Of a DNA stretch of 64,000 bases, positions 10,001 through 19,401 are shown piece after piece. The notes beneath the pieces are model-generated. The model saw only the letters and a list, made by a program, of their open reading frames with translations. It ran no database searches and had not been told where the DNA came from. The translations under genes and the position numbers were made by a program. The first letter of the stretch is position 1; every line of letters starts with the position of its first letter. The stretch covers positions 24,261-88,260 of the forward strand of contig CAYOAM010000001.1 in NCBI GenBank assembly GCA_964402035.1, given 5' to 3'. The DNA comes from an uncultured Candidatus Saccharibacteria bacterium (lineage in GTDB: Bacteria; Patescibacteriota; Minisyncoccia; Phycocordibacterales; UBA918).

Positions 10001-11308
10001 ATGGCTACACTGCGACCATTTCAAGTTATCCTCATCGGTATCTTTCTTGCGCTCGGCATCGGAGGTATTGTCATGTTTGCCTTGTTTAAAGGACCTGGCG
10101 GTAAAGACAATCCATATGGGAATAAGGTGGTGATTTGGGGTACGCTCGACGACGCTCCTTTTATTGAAACTTTGATTGCGCTTCGCGAAGTAGACAAAAA
10201 TGCTAGTGTTATTTCGTATGTTGAGAAAGACCCGCGTACCTTTGAACAGGAACTTTTAAATGCATTGGCTGAAGGACGAGGGCCTGATCTCGTGGTGTAT
10301 CCGCAGAATACACTTTTGGCGAATCAAGGAAAGATTATGGCTGTTCCGTATGCCAACTTTGATCTTCGCACGTATAGTGACACCTATATCGATGGCGCAA
10401 GTATTTTCTTGCGCCCTGATGGCATTGCAGCTCTCCCGATCGCTGTCGATCCCATGGTAATGTATTGGAATAAAGACATCTTTGCCACCAAAGGTCTAGC
10501 GCGTCCGCCCTTCACCTGGGAGGAGATGCTCTCGGTTGCGGTGCCAGCGATCGCTGAAGTCACGACCGACCGCACGATTGTGCGTCCCGCACTTGCTTTT
10601 GGAGAGTATGCAAATGTGCGCAATGCAAAAGATATCCTTGCCATGCTCTTTATCCAAGCCGGGAGCAATATGGTCATCGCGCGAAATCAAGGGTATGAAG
10701 TGGAGCTCAACAATTCAGTCGAGCAGGGTATACCGCCTGCGCTCGCAGGTCTGCGCTTTTATACGGAGTTTTCCAATCCCGCCAAGAGTGTCTATACATG
10801 GAATCGCTCCATGCCACAGGATCGCGATGCATTTCTTGCCGGTGATCTTGCTATGTATTTTGGTTTTGCGAGTGAGTACGCGTCGCTGCGCTCGGGGAAT
10901 CCCAATTTCAATTTTGATGTTGCTGATATTCCACAGGGCAGTGAAGTACGGCTGAAAAAGGGGTATGGTACCTTTTATGGCATATCGCTTATGCGCAATT
11001 CTCAGAATGTCGCTGGTGCATACAAGGCACTTTTTGCGCTTACGGGACCTACACAAGTTGCCACCTATGCTAGGACGTTACGTGTTGGCGGTGTGTACCG
11101 CGCTTCGTTTAACGGTATCCCCCAAGATCCATTTTTGGCCGTCGTAGCACGTACTGCCTTGATTGCACGGGGGTGGCTTGATCCAAACCGCAATGCAAGC
11201 GACAATGTCTTTAGGCAAATGGTCGAGGATGTGACGTCGGGCCGCATCGAGCTTAGTTCTGCGATTAAAGACGCTGAGGGTCGATTGCAGCAGTTGGTGG
11301 GAGGGTAA
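10001..11308 (+). CDS. Extracellular solute-binding protein (sugar ABC family), membrane-anchored
   Basis: N-terminal TM helix, IWG, GRGPDL, ALP...DPMVMYWNKD. Confidence 0.85.
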   Translation: MATLRPFQVILIGIFLALGIGGIVMFALFKGPGGKDNPYGNKVVIWGTLDDAPFIETLIALREVDKNASVISYVEKDPRTFEQELLNALAEGRGPDLVVYPQNTLLANQGKIMAVPYANFDLRTYSDTYIDGASIFLRPDGIAALPIAVDPMVMYWNKDIFATKGLARPPFTWEEMLSVAVPAIAEVTTDRTIVRPALAFGEYANVRNAKDILAMLFIQAGSNMVIARNQGYEVELNNSVEQGIPPALAGLRFYTEFSNPAKSVYTWNRSMPQDRDAFLAGDLAMYFGFASEYASLRSGNPNFNFDVADIPQGSEVRLKKGYGTFYGISLMRNSQNVAGAYKALFALTGPTQVATYARTLRVGGVYRASFNGIPQDPFLAVVARTALIARGWLDPNRNASDNVFRQMVEDVTSGRIELSSAIKDAEGRLQQLVGG

Positions 11309-11318
11309 ATATTATTTT

Positions 11319-11996
11319 ATGAAATGGATTATTATCTTTGCGGTCGTATTACACTTATTTTCAATTACTGTTGTAGTGCAGGCGCAGACATGGGGAGGGG
11401 CAAAACCAACGGTACAAGAATGGGGTGGGGCTCCGCTTGACCCGACATTAACCAATGAAAATAATGGTGGTGTATTGGGTGATATCAATCAGAACACACA
11501 GCCCGCTTCATATTCGGGTGGCGAAGGGTCACCTGGTGGTTATACTGGTGGTGAAGGTTCTCCATACGATTATGCAGGAGGAAAAACTAGTGCACCAACG
11601 ACCAAGACGGGTACGGTAGATGGGGGCGAAAAGCCCGGTACGGTCGACGGGGGAGATCTTCTGCGTCCCGGGGAAGATGGTGCTGGTTTTGGTCCTGCTG
11701 GTAGAGATGGTGGTGGCAACATAGGAGGCTCAATCTCACTCCAGAATCCTTTAAAGGCGACATCAATCCAGCAATTCTTTTTGATGATCATAGACATCAT
11801 GCTCGTCTTTGCGGTGCCGATCATCGTCTTCTTTCTCATCCTCGCCGGTTTCAAATACGTGACCGCGCGTGGCAATACGGAGCAAATAAAGCAGGCTACG
11901 ACTGCACTCACGTGGGCGCTCGTGGGAGGTGTGCTCATTTTGGGAGCAAAAATATTACTCGAAGTCATTCAAAATACTGTCGATGCGCTTCGCTAA
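11319..11996 (+). CDS. TrbC/VirB2-like pilin with Gly-rich repetitive N-terminal extension
   Basis: LQNPL, two TM helices, GFKYVTARGN..I.QA...LTWALVG. Confidence 0.8.
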   Translation: MKWIIIFAVVLHLFSITVVVQAQTWGGAKPTVQEWGGAPLDPTLTNENNGGVLGDINQNTQPASYSGGEGSPGGYTGGEGSPYDYAGGKTSAPTTKTGTVDGGEKPGTVDGGDLLRPGEDGAGFGPAGRDGGGNIGGSISLQNPLKATSIQQFFLMIIDIMLVFAVPIIVFFLILAGFKYVTARGNTEQIKQATTALTWALVGGVLILGAKILLEVIQNTVDALR

Positions 11997-12321
11997 ACTC
12001 GCGCCGTATCTGTCATATGCTGGCGTTTGCAGCAGCTTTGTCATTTCTGTTTTTTTTCCACATGCTCTCTATGCGGCGACCTTTGCAAGTCTGGTAAACA
12101 GTTTTCTCGGAGTACTCGGTCTTATCATCCCCCTTATCTTTGCCCTCACATTTTTGGTCATCGTCTGGGGTGTAGTGCAGGCATGGATCCTGAATGCAGG
12201 TAATGCCGAAAAGGTGAGTGAAGGACAGATGATAGCACTCTGGGGCATTATTGGTCTTGTCGTCATGGCGGGCATGTGGGGTCTCATTGCGCTTGTACGC
12301 ACTTCGTTATTTAGTTTTTAG
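11983..12321 (+). CDS. TrbC/VirB2-like pilin
   Basis: IIPLIFAL...WG...G...ALWGIIGLVVM..MWG. Confidence 0.75.
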   Translation: MRFAKLAPYLSYAGVCSSFVISVFFPHALYAATFASLVNSFLGVLGLIIPLIFALTFLVIVWGVVQAWILNAGNAEKVSEGQMIALWGIIGLVVMAGMWGLIALVRTSLFSF

Positions 12322-12419
12322 AACCCATGGGCCTGTACACAGCCAGTATGCTCAATATCTGCGCATTTGCTATACTGTACCTATCCATTTATTGGGGTAA
12401 TTATTGTTTAACTTCTTCT

Positions 12420-12785
12420 ATGTTAAAGAAAATTGGTTTTATCGGACTTTCATTTCTTCTTCCAGCATTCGCCTTCGCGCAGTCTCCGGCGGGTAATTTG
12501 GGCTACTTTGGTAACTTTGCAAATGAGGCAATCAAAGTAGTCAATAATATTTTAATTCCTCTTGTATTTGCACTAGCTTTTTTGGTGTTTGTGTGGGGGT
12601 TGCTAAAGTACTTTATTTTTGGGGGTGGTAATACAGAGAGTCAAGAGCAAGGAAAACAACTCATGATCTGGGGTGTTGTAGCGTTCGTGGTCATGGTGTC
12701 GCTTTGGGGTATCGTAAGTGTCATTAGTACCAGTCTCCAGATAGGAGGTGGTACGGTTAAGATTCCGGCACCTCTCACCAGATAA
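12420..12785 (+). CDS. TrbC/VirB2-like pilin
   Basis: Signal peptide AFA-Q; LIPLVFALAF..FVWG..GKQLMIWGVVAFVVMVSLWGIV. Confidence 0.8.
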   Translation: MLKKIGFIGLSFLLPAFAFAQSPAGNLGYFGNFANEAIKVVNNILIPLVFALAFLVFVWGLLKYFIFGGGNTESQEQGKQLMIWGVVAFVVMVSLWGIVSVISTSLQIGGGTVKIPAPLTR

Positions 12786-12844
12786 GGGTCTTTTCTACAT
12801 GATCGCTGTTTTTTGTTGGAGTCAACATTAATGGCTTTAGTGGT

Positions 12845-14350
12845 ATGCCTAGAAATAGTTCAGTCCTTATAAAAACTACTGCCGGTACAGTATTGGCGGT
12901 AGTTTTGCTATTCGACTTTTTGTTTGCAATACAGGTGCAAGCTGCGGTCAGTACTCGGGTTTCGCAAGTATCTTATTTGGACGGATATGCACAGGTTGGT
13001 GCGGTTGGTGCGTCTGATGAACAAAATAAAGTAGTAGGGAATACGCAAACGCAGAAAGGGGCTCAGGCTCTCGATCCTACACAGAAGACAAGCAATGCTA
13101 TCCCTGCAACAAACAACACTTCACCTGAAAGTGTTCCCGATATCTCAAACGGTTGGTCAGAGTTCTTTAGTAAGACTGCACCAGAAAACTTTGCTTCGGC
13201 TACGCCACAGGAGTCTTATCAGTATGATAATAATCAGAGACCAATAACTAATCCAAATAGTATCCCGCAACAAATAACTCCTCCTGCACAGAAGACCCCT
13301 GTATCAGACACGGTCGAAGATTCATATCAATATGGTGCAGCCAAAGAAGAGTATCAGTATGCGCCTGATGATCGGCAAGGTACCAAGCAGACAGGGGAAA
13401 ATTATGGGTACGCTAACGTGAATCCGTCGCCAAATACACAGGGTGTAACCAATAGCAGTAACAGTAATTTCGGCAGTAGGTATGCGGGTACATTCAATAG
13501 CGAGGATCTCAATTGGGGATTTGGAATCTTGGGAACAGTGATGCCTTTCGGTGGTCTTATTGGTTTAGGTGTGCGCGGTCTGATTGCTTCAGGAATTCCG
13601 GTTACCTATGATTGGGAATTAGCACCACCGCCTAAAGATCTTACGACAGACGATGAGGCCAATGGACTGTCGCGAAGTGGCTTTGATCCTGTGACGGGTA
13701 TGGCAACTGGTGAAAGAAGGGGTGATATATCAGTATCGAGCGCACCACTGGATCCTCCAAAAGATGATTTTGATGCACGTATGGATCGTGCAATGGCGGA
13801 GATTGCAGCAGATAAAGCAGCAGGCAAAGGAAATCCTCCTGGCGAACTTGACTCAACGCAGACGGGAGGGCTCATTGGAGGCATTGCTGGATTTTTTGAT
13901 GGTCTTAGTAAAAGCATCGGTGACCTATTTGGATTTGGAGAGGACGCACCAACATCGGGCGTATCTACGCCAGGTCAATCGACATCCGTAGAGGTCGGTG
14001 CGGTGAGTGGAGAGGCACCCCCATCGACTAACGGAGACCTTGAAACGAGTAGGCCAGGTCCAGGTACCAACAGCGCACCTTCGAGCAATGCCACTGCTCC
14101 AGATTATGGGCCCGCTTTGGGTCCATCACATGGTCCAGGTAGTCCAGCTGTTGAAGTACCATCAGCTCCAGGTGGAGCACCTCCGAGTGGTGGACTTGTT
14201 GATATTGATGAAAGCGGCATACCAGGTTCGTCGAATTTTTCTGGATTTAGCGGTTCGACTGAAATCGAGGGCGGTGATGTTGAGGTCGGTGGCGATGCAC
14301 CGGATGGCGGAGAAGGTGAGGGAGGGGATGGCAGCGATGGGGGAGAATAA
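12845..14350 (+). CDS. Secreted/membrane low-complexity protein (G/S/P/D/E-rich)
   Basis: 501-aa ORF with N-terminal signal, repeated (S/E/N)Y(Q/G)Y motifs, internal hydrophobic Gly-rich segment and acidic tail. Confidence 0.75.
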   Translation: MPRNSSVLIKTTAGTVLAVVLLFDFLFAIQVQAAVSTRVSQVSYLDGYAQVGAVGASDEQNKVVGNTQTQKGAQALDPTQKTSNAIPATNNTSPESVPDISNGWSEFFSKTAPENFASATPQESYQYDNNQRPITNPNSIPQQITPPAQKTPVSDTVEDSYQYGAAKEEYQYAPDDRQGTKQTGENYGYANVNPSPNTQGVTNSSNSNFGSRYAGTFNSEDLNWGFGILGTVMPFGGLIGLGVRGLIASGIPVTYDWELAPPPKDLTTDDEANGLSRSGFDPVTGMATGERRGDISVSSAPLDPPKDDFDARMDRAMAEIAADKAAGKGNPPGELDSTQTGGLIGGIAGFFDGLSKSIGDLFGFGEDAPTSGVSTPGQSTSVEVGAVSGEAPPSTNGDLETSRPGPGTNSAPSSNATAPDYGPALGPSHGPGSPAVEVPSAPGGAPPSGGLVDIDESGIPGSSNFSGFSGSTEIEGGDVEVGGDAPDGGEGEGGDGSDGGE

Positions 14351-14385
14351 GATGCGAGAGCTTTATATTGGTGTATTATAGAACT

Positions 14386-14862
14386 ATGGTTTTAAAACAT
14401 CTTGTGCTTCGAGTATCCGCTCTAGTAACGGTTATCGGAGTGCCGACTTTTGTATTTGCACAAGACCCCTCGTTTGGAGGAATAGGTCGTCTTATTAGTG
14501 ACGTACTTTCGCTAATAGAATGGTATCTCATTCCGCTAGTTTTCTCTCTCTCCTTTCTTCTTTTTTTGTGGGGTCTCTTTAATTTCTTTTTTGTAGGTGG
14601 AGGAAATGCGGAGTCACGAGAGGCGGGACGTCAGTTGATGATGTGGGGAATTGTAGCGTTTGTCGTTATGGTTTCTATATGGGGTATTGTTTCTGTAGTA
14701 GCCTATAGTTTTGGTTTTTCAGGGGGATATGTACCCCCATTGCCATCGATTCCAATGCCTGGTGGTGGGTCGGGAGGTGGTGGAGCCCCTATGCCACCAC
14801 CAGCTGCGCCACCTGTTTCAGGTGGCCCAACCGCAATGCCGTGGGAGCCGGGAATCTATTAA
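14386..14862 (+). CDS. TrbC/VirB2-like pilin with Pro/Gly-rich tail
   Basis: Close paralog of 12420..12785 (LIPLVF..WG..GGGN.ES.E.G.QLM.WG.VAFVVMVS.WGIVSV). Confidence 0.8.
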   Translation: MVLKHLVLRVSALVTVIGVPTFVFAQDPSFGGIGRLISDVLSLIEWYLIPLVFSLSFLLFLWGLFNFFFVGGGNAESREAGRQLMMWGIVAFVVMVSIWGIVSVVAYSFGFSGGYVPPLPSIPMPGGGSGGGGAPMPPPAAPPVSGGPTAMPWEPGIY

Positions 14863-14865
14863 TGT

Positions 14866-15153
14866 ATGATTGCATTCGCACAAGAACATATCGTGTACGC
14901 CCAGTCTTTTCTGGATAAGATAAAAGCTGTTATTCTCTATCCGCTCATCTCGCTTATGCTTGGTGTAGCTGTCGTCGTATTTCTCTGGGGGATTTTTGAA
15001 ATGGTGATGCACGCAGAAAATAGCGAAGCGCGAAGTACGGGTCGTACACATATGCTTGCAGGTATTATAGGGATCGTGGTCATGCTCTCTGCACTCACGC
15101 TACTGCGCATCGCTGCAAATACGTTTGGGGTTGAGGTGCCTTCAGGAAGTTAA
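14866..15153 (+). CDS. TrbC/VirB2-like pilin
   Basis: ILYPLI..VFLWG...GRTHML.GIIG. Confidence 0.75.
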   Translation: MIAFAQEHIVYAQSFLDKIKAVILYPLISLMLGVAVVVFLWGIFEMVMHAENSEARSTGRTHMLAGIIGIVVMLSALTLLRIAANTFGVEVPSGS

Positions 15154-15175
15154 AAAACTACATAAAGAATAAGAA

Positions 15176-15207
15176 AAAACCGGAAGCTGCATGCAGCTTC
15201 CGGTTTT
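15176..15207. terminator. Bidirectional terminator
   Basis: Perfect palindrome aaaaccggaagctgcatgcagcttccggtttt between convergent genes. Confidence 0.85.
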
Positions 15208-15214
15208 GAGTTCA

Positions 15215-15787
15215 CTACTTTTTTTTGCAGGTTCCTTCTACCCGCGGGTACAAGTTTACGTCCCCTGTGCCAACGCCGTGGAACTGGAAAAATCTTCCAG
15301 TCACCCCATCCTCGACCCAGGTCTTCATGTCATCCGAAACCAACACGATGGCTGATTTCGGCATGGCGTAATCCAGGCAGTTTGCCCGGGGTATTTCGTA
15401 GTACTTTTTGCTGAACATGTTATTTTTGTTCAGCGTTATTGTCGTCTTGCCAACCGGCAAAACGATTTTGGTTGTGGTGATGTCATCCCACCACCACCCC
15501 ACTGAACCAATTCCTCCTAGAAGAAGGAGGAGCAGGATCATCCACATGCCCAAGCCACCAGACTTGTGGCTGTCTCCATGCCCGGCGGTTTTCGCCGCCG
15601 GTGGGGGAGCTGCTGCCGCCGGCTGAGGCGTGGCGGGAACAGCTCCTGCGGCTGGTGGTTGTGGCGTTGGCGTGGAAGGTGTTGATCTTGCATTGCGTTT
15701 GGATAAACGCAATCCCCATACAATTAGACTCACAACAAAGATTGCTGTGATGAACCCAATCAGCTGCAAGTCTTCGAAGATTTCCAT
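15215..15787 (-). CDS. Hypothetical membrane protein (two TM helices, Pro/Ala linker)
   Basis: 190-aa ORF, SD ggag, directly downstream of the SPFH-like gene. Confidence 0.7.
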   Translation of the reverse strand: MEIFEDLQLIGFITAIFVVSLIVWGLRLSKRNARSTPSTPTPQPPAAGAVPATPQPAAAAPPPAAKTAGHGDSHKSGGLGMWMILLLLLLGGIGSVGWWWDDITTTKIVLPVGKTTITLNKNNMFSKKYYEIPRANCLDYAMPKSAIVLVSDDMKTWVEDGVTGRFFQFHGVGTGDVNLYPRVEGTCKKK

Positions 15788-15798
15788 TGATCGCTCCC

Positions 15799-17160
15799 TT
15801 ACGTTTTGGAAGGCGGAATTGTCTTTGCAGCTTCCGCTATACCAAGAACAGTTCCTATGAGACCGTCAGGGCCTGGCGGTGTGATGATAACCTTGTTGTT
15901 GCCTCCCGCAACTTCTTGAGCGATCTGGGCAGCGAGAACGTCCTTACCAGTAACTTTTAAGACCGTCGCCATCTTCTGGAGGCCCTTAGCGCTTTCTTCA
16001 ATTAAGGCTCTTTTCGCGCCAGCTTTCGCGTTCCCAACTCGTGTTTCTTCGAATGCCTTAGCACGGGCAGCGTTTTTATCTGCTGCCATTTGTCCTTCAG
16101 ACTTCACGCGCGAAGCCATGCTTTCGATCTTTGCTTCAGCGGCCATTTGAAGTTTCTTATTGTAGTCATGTCCCGGGTTGAAGCGGGTGACCTGCGCGAA
16201 GTATATTTCAACACCAAGAGTCAGCGTTTGAAGTTGTACCTTGAGCGCGAGCCATTCTTCGATGAGCCCTTTGTGCTTCATGAGCTCATCGTACGTCAAC
16301 TTGCCGCCGATTTCGCCAAGGTAGCCCTCCATCTTGTCGTTGACTTGTCGGACTACTTCGAGTACCCGATCTGAGATCTTGGCACCCCCCTTGATCTTGT
16401 TGAGGAATTCATTTCGACGTTCACCAATAATTGGGTCTACGTGCCGATATAGATCCCAGAAGCGAGGTTTCGAGAGTCCAAGAGCAATCTGGGCCGAAGC
16501 CTCGATGTTGACTGCTTGAGCAGTGGCAGAGCCTTTCAGGTCTCCTGTGCACGTAAAGAAGTAAGGGTACTCTTGTTTGACGTCTATGACGATCAGCTTA
16601 CCATCTTTGTCTCTTGACTCCCATTGAATGTTGCCTGAGGCAGCAGGCAACTCTGCCTGAGCTCGTACGGTGGGTTCGCTTCTTTTTGTGAAAAGGAAAA
16701 CGGGAGCCCACTTTGGTCCATTGTCGAAAATGTACGCTGGCTTGCCGAAGAATTCAATTCCGGCAATTTCGTCATTCTCGACCTTGAAGAATCCTGCCAG
16801 TAAATAGGCGAATACAGGTATGGGGGCAAACCACCAGGGATTGATGACGATGCTCTTGCCCATGCTCGACGGGAGCATGAAGTACATCGCGACGAAGTAT
16901 GCGACGATCAAGATTCCCACAACTGCGAATGATGCTCTGGTGTAAATCCACTCACTGACACCTGGTGTTGTCTTTAGGAACTCCACTCGATCGGAATCAA
17001 GCTTTTTCCTCAGCGCTCCGATGTGTAGACGGAGCCAAGATGCAACCGCGGCGTCACCTTTATCCCTATCAGGGAAGTCGGGAACGGTAAGTTGGCCTTG
17101 CTGCGTCTGTGACGAGGTCGGCGCCGCAGAGGGAATTTGATTGGAACTCGATGTAATCAT
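15799..17160 (-). CDS. SPFH/band-7-like membrane protein (divergent)
   Basis: Two TM helices, then V..DE.AGIEFFGK...GP.W, LGVEI..AQV, and an Ala/Glu/Lys coiled coil. Confidence 0.6.
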   Translation of the reverse strand: MITSSSNQIPSAAPTSSQTQQGQLTVPDFPDRDKGDAAVASWLRLHIGALRKKLDSDRVEFLKTTPGVSEWIYTRASFAVVGILIVAYFVAMYFMLPSSMGKSIVINPWWFAPIPVFAYLLAGFFKVENDEIAGIEFFGKPAYIFDNGPKWAPVFLFTKRSEPTVRAQAELPAASGNIQWESRDKDGKLIVIDVKQEYPYFFTCTGDLKGSATAQAVNIEASAQIALGLSKPRFWDLYRHVDPIIGERRNEFLNKIKGGAKISDRVLEVVRQVNDKMEGYLGEIGGKLTYDELMKHKGLIEEWLALKVQLQTLTLGVEIYFAQVTRFNPGHDYNKKLQMAAEAKIESMASRVKSEGQMAADKNAARAKAFEETRVGNAKAGAKRALIEESAKGLQKMATVLKVTGKDVLAAQIAQEVAGGNNKVIITPPGPDGLIGTVLGIAEAAKTIPPSKT

Positions 17161-17232
17161 GATATGAGGCCCTCCTAAGGCCTATTTGTCGAAAAACGTG
17201 TGATCGGGCGAATGCCGCAATCTTCGCTAACA

Positions 17233-17261
17233 ATTATAGCATATTTAGTATAGAAAGTCAA
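17233..17261 (-). promoter_or_regulatory. Sigma70-type promoter of the SPFH-like operon
   Basis: TTGACT-17 bp-TATAAT on the minus strand. Confidence 0.7.
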
Positions 17262-17440
17262 GTAAAAAAGGGCTGTACAGTGGCTCTGTTGAGCCGTGTA
17301 TTTTAATTTTTGAGTCGATCTGATTTTTTACTATATTGTACGTTAGAAGGAGCACTTGCTTTTAGGTCATATATAGCACAAGATTCGGTGAGATGTAGAG
17401 GTGCGTTGTGTATTCCGCTGACTATTGAAAGGGAATTTCG

Positions 17441-18229
17441 ATGATATCTGCGCGTATACGTGAGGTCGCGATGCGTCGCCTCGCCAGTTTCACACTTCCA
17501 TTTTCTCGTTCGTCTCGCTTACTGCATCCGTCACTCGACCGTGCATACAGGGAGTATCTTGGAAAACTTCAAATACTGCCACGGGGTCCAGTGTGGCCGA
17601 TCGTCGTTTTCATGATTGGACTCCCTGGTTCAAAACGTGTCATTGTTGCTGATGAAATTGCGAAAGCTGCAGGTTACACATTTATCGTTGCAAATACGAT
17701 ACGTGACATTCTCTTGAGTGCTAAAGAAAGTGAGTCCCATCTCGATGAGCTGCTTTGGAGGGCAATAGAGCATGTGCTTGCTTCAGGAGGCAATGTCGTT
17801 GTTGATATGGACGCAATAGCAACATCGAGACGTGCACGTGCCTGGGCGGTGGCGAAAAAGAATGGTGCGCATGTCGAGTTTGTCCGGACGCATTGTAGCT
17901 TTTTTCAGATGATGCTTAATCTGCAGCAAGCCGCAACGGACAAGAATGTACATCCGGCATGGCGTGCAGAAGTGCTCGCGCATGGCATGGAGGATACAGA
18001 CGAAAGAAGGGCTGCAGCTGCACAAGCTCGAGTGGTACAAACGGCACATCTGCATTATCGTACAAGTAAACCAGATGGCGTTCTCGACGAAGTGCGTCCG
18101 TTGCCATTTGAACTACTGATGGATGTCCTACGGGTGACCCAACGAGCGCTGGAGATGCCGCGAAAAGAATCGCACAAGCATTGGCCGAGTTCAAAGAGAC
18201 ATAGCAATATGTCGCTTTTTTTATTTTAA
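17441..18229 (+). CDS. P-loop kinase/AAA_33-like protein, degenerate Walker A, possible 3' frameshift
   Basis: VFMIGLPGS, GGNVVVD, RR...A...GA.V.FV...C. Confidence 0.6.
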   Translation: MISARIREVAMRRLASFTLPFSRSSRLLHPSLDRAYREYLGKLQILPRGPVWPIVVFMIGLPGSKRVIVADEIAKAAGYTFIVANTIRDILLSAKESESHLDELLWRAIEHVLASGGNVVVDMDAIATSRRARAWAVAKKNGAHVEFVRTHCSFFQMMLNLQQAATDKNVHPAWRAEVLAHGMEDTDERRAAAAQARVVQTAHLHYRTSKPDGVLDEVRPLPFELLMDVLRVTQRALEMPRKESHKHWPSSKRHSNMSLFLF

Positions 18230-18267
18230 AAACTCACAGGCGGTATGTTTCTGTCTGTCTTTGTGTA

Positions 18268-18746
18268 GTCACAAGTTACTAACTATTTTGTTCCAAGTAT
18301 TCACAAAATACTAAGTACTTCTGACCACGACGCGATGTTTTTCTTTTAGAAAAACATCGTTGTGCCGCCCACAAAAGCATAGACCGAGAAAAGCAACCAT
18401 AAGTTGCTTTTCTCAAGGGCAGGTGTTTATTTCTGGTGGTCACGAATAAATTCACTAACGTGAATTTTTCGCTACCCGAGAAAAGCAACTCAATGTTGCT
18501 TTTCTCTGTGGTTTTAGCCTTGAGCAAAGCTCAAACAAAAAAATAGCTCTGCTTCCCACAAAAGAATGAACATCTGCCCCGGGGCAGGTGTTCATTAATT
18601 GTGGTCACTAGTCACTAACCAAATTACTTATTGCATAGTAATTTGCTAAGTGCTCTTGACCACGTCTCGCCCGTTGCCAAGGCAACATGGCTCCGACTCC
18701 CACAAAAGCATAAAACCTGCCGAAGGGCAGGTCTTTATGTCTTTTG
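18268..18746 (-). repeat. Tandem array of three 3-hairpin modules at the tRNA-Leu(TAG) 3' end
   Basis: Units start at 18268, 18439 and 18604 with GTCAC; each ends in CCCACAAAAG...GGGCAGGT...GTG. Confidence 0.8.
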
Positions 18747-18827
18747 TGGGCGAGAGAGGACTTGAACCTCCACGGGTTGCCCCACTTGGTCCTAAGCCAA
18801 GCGTGTATACCATTTCACCACTCGCCC
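18747..18827 (-). tRNA. tRNA-Leu(TAG)
   Basis: GGGCGAG acceptor stem, CTTGG-CT-TAG-GA-CCAAG anticodon arm, long variable arm, GTTCAAGTCC. Confidence 0.95.
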
Positions 18828-18910
18828 AGAGTGTGCGCTACACTATAACGTATTTTTAATTTCTGTGCATTTTTGTCTTTCCTTTGAACATATGGCTGTG
18901 CGGTGGACTT

Positions 18911-19401
18911 GTCATCAAGAATTACTAAGTAGAATGCTACGCCTTCATACTAAGTATTCGCGATCCCGCCTCGCAGTATTTTTGCTCTTTGGCAAAAATA
19001 CATAGCTGCGGCTCGGACTCATAAGAAAAACACGGCGCAGGCAAAAACCATGTCATCACAAGTAAATTTACTGACGTAAATTTCTTGCGATCCCGGCTCG
19101 CTGTATTTTGCTTTAGGCAAAATACATAGCTCCGCCTCGGACACGTCATCACGAATAAATTCACGGACGTGAATTTTTCGCGATCCCGACTCAGCATCGC
19201 TTCGCGATATGCTTCCGTCGCGGACACGTTTACAAAAACAGCACGCAGGTGCTGTTTTTTCTGTCATCACAAATATTTTTCCTGACGGAAAAATTTCGCG
19301 ATCCCCGCTCGCGGTTTCTGCCTCTGCTTCGCAGAACAGAAACATCGCTGCGCGTCGGACAAATGCACAAAATCTCCCGCAGGGGAGATTTTGTGCATTT
19401 G
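18911..19401 (-). repeat. Tandem array of four 3-hairpin modules at the tRNA-Lys 3' end
   Basis: Units start at 18911, 19052, 19145 and 19263 with GTCATCA..., then TT(C)GCGATCCC and CGGAC. Confidence 0.85.

Noticed and set aside
11319-15153. Conjugative T4SS locus
   Set aside because: Only pilin-like subunits are present, with no VirB4, VirD4 or relaxase in the window.
18268-19401. CRISPR array interpretation of the tandem repeats
   Set aside because: The repeats are degenerate, the period is irregular (about 90-170 bp), the variable parts are themselves hairpins, and no cas genes are in the window.
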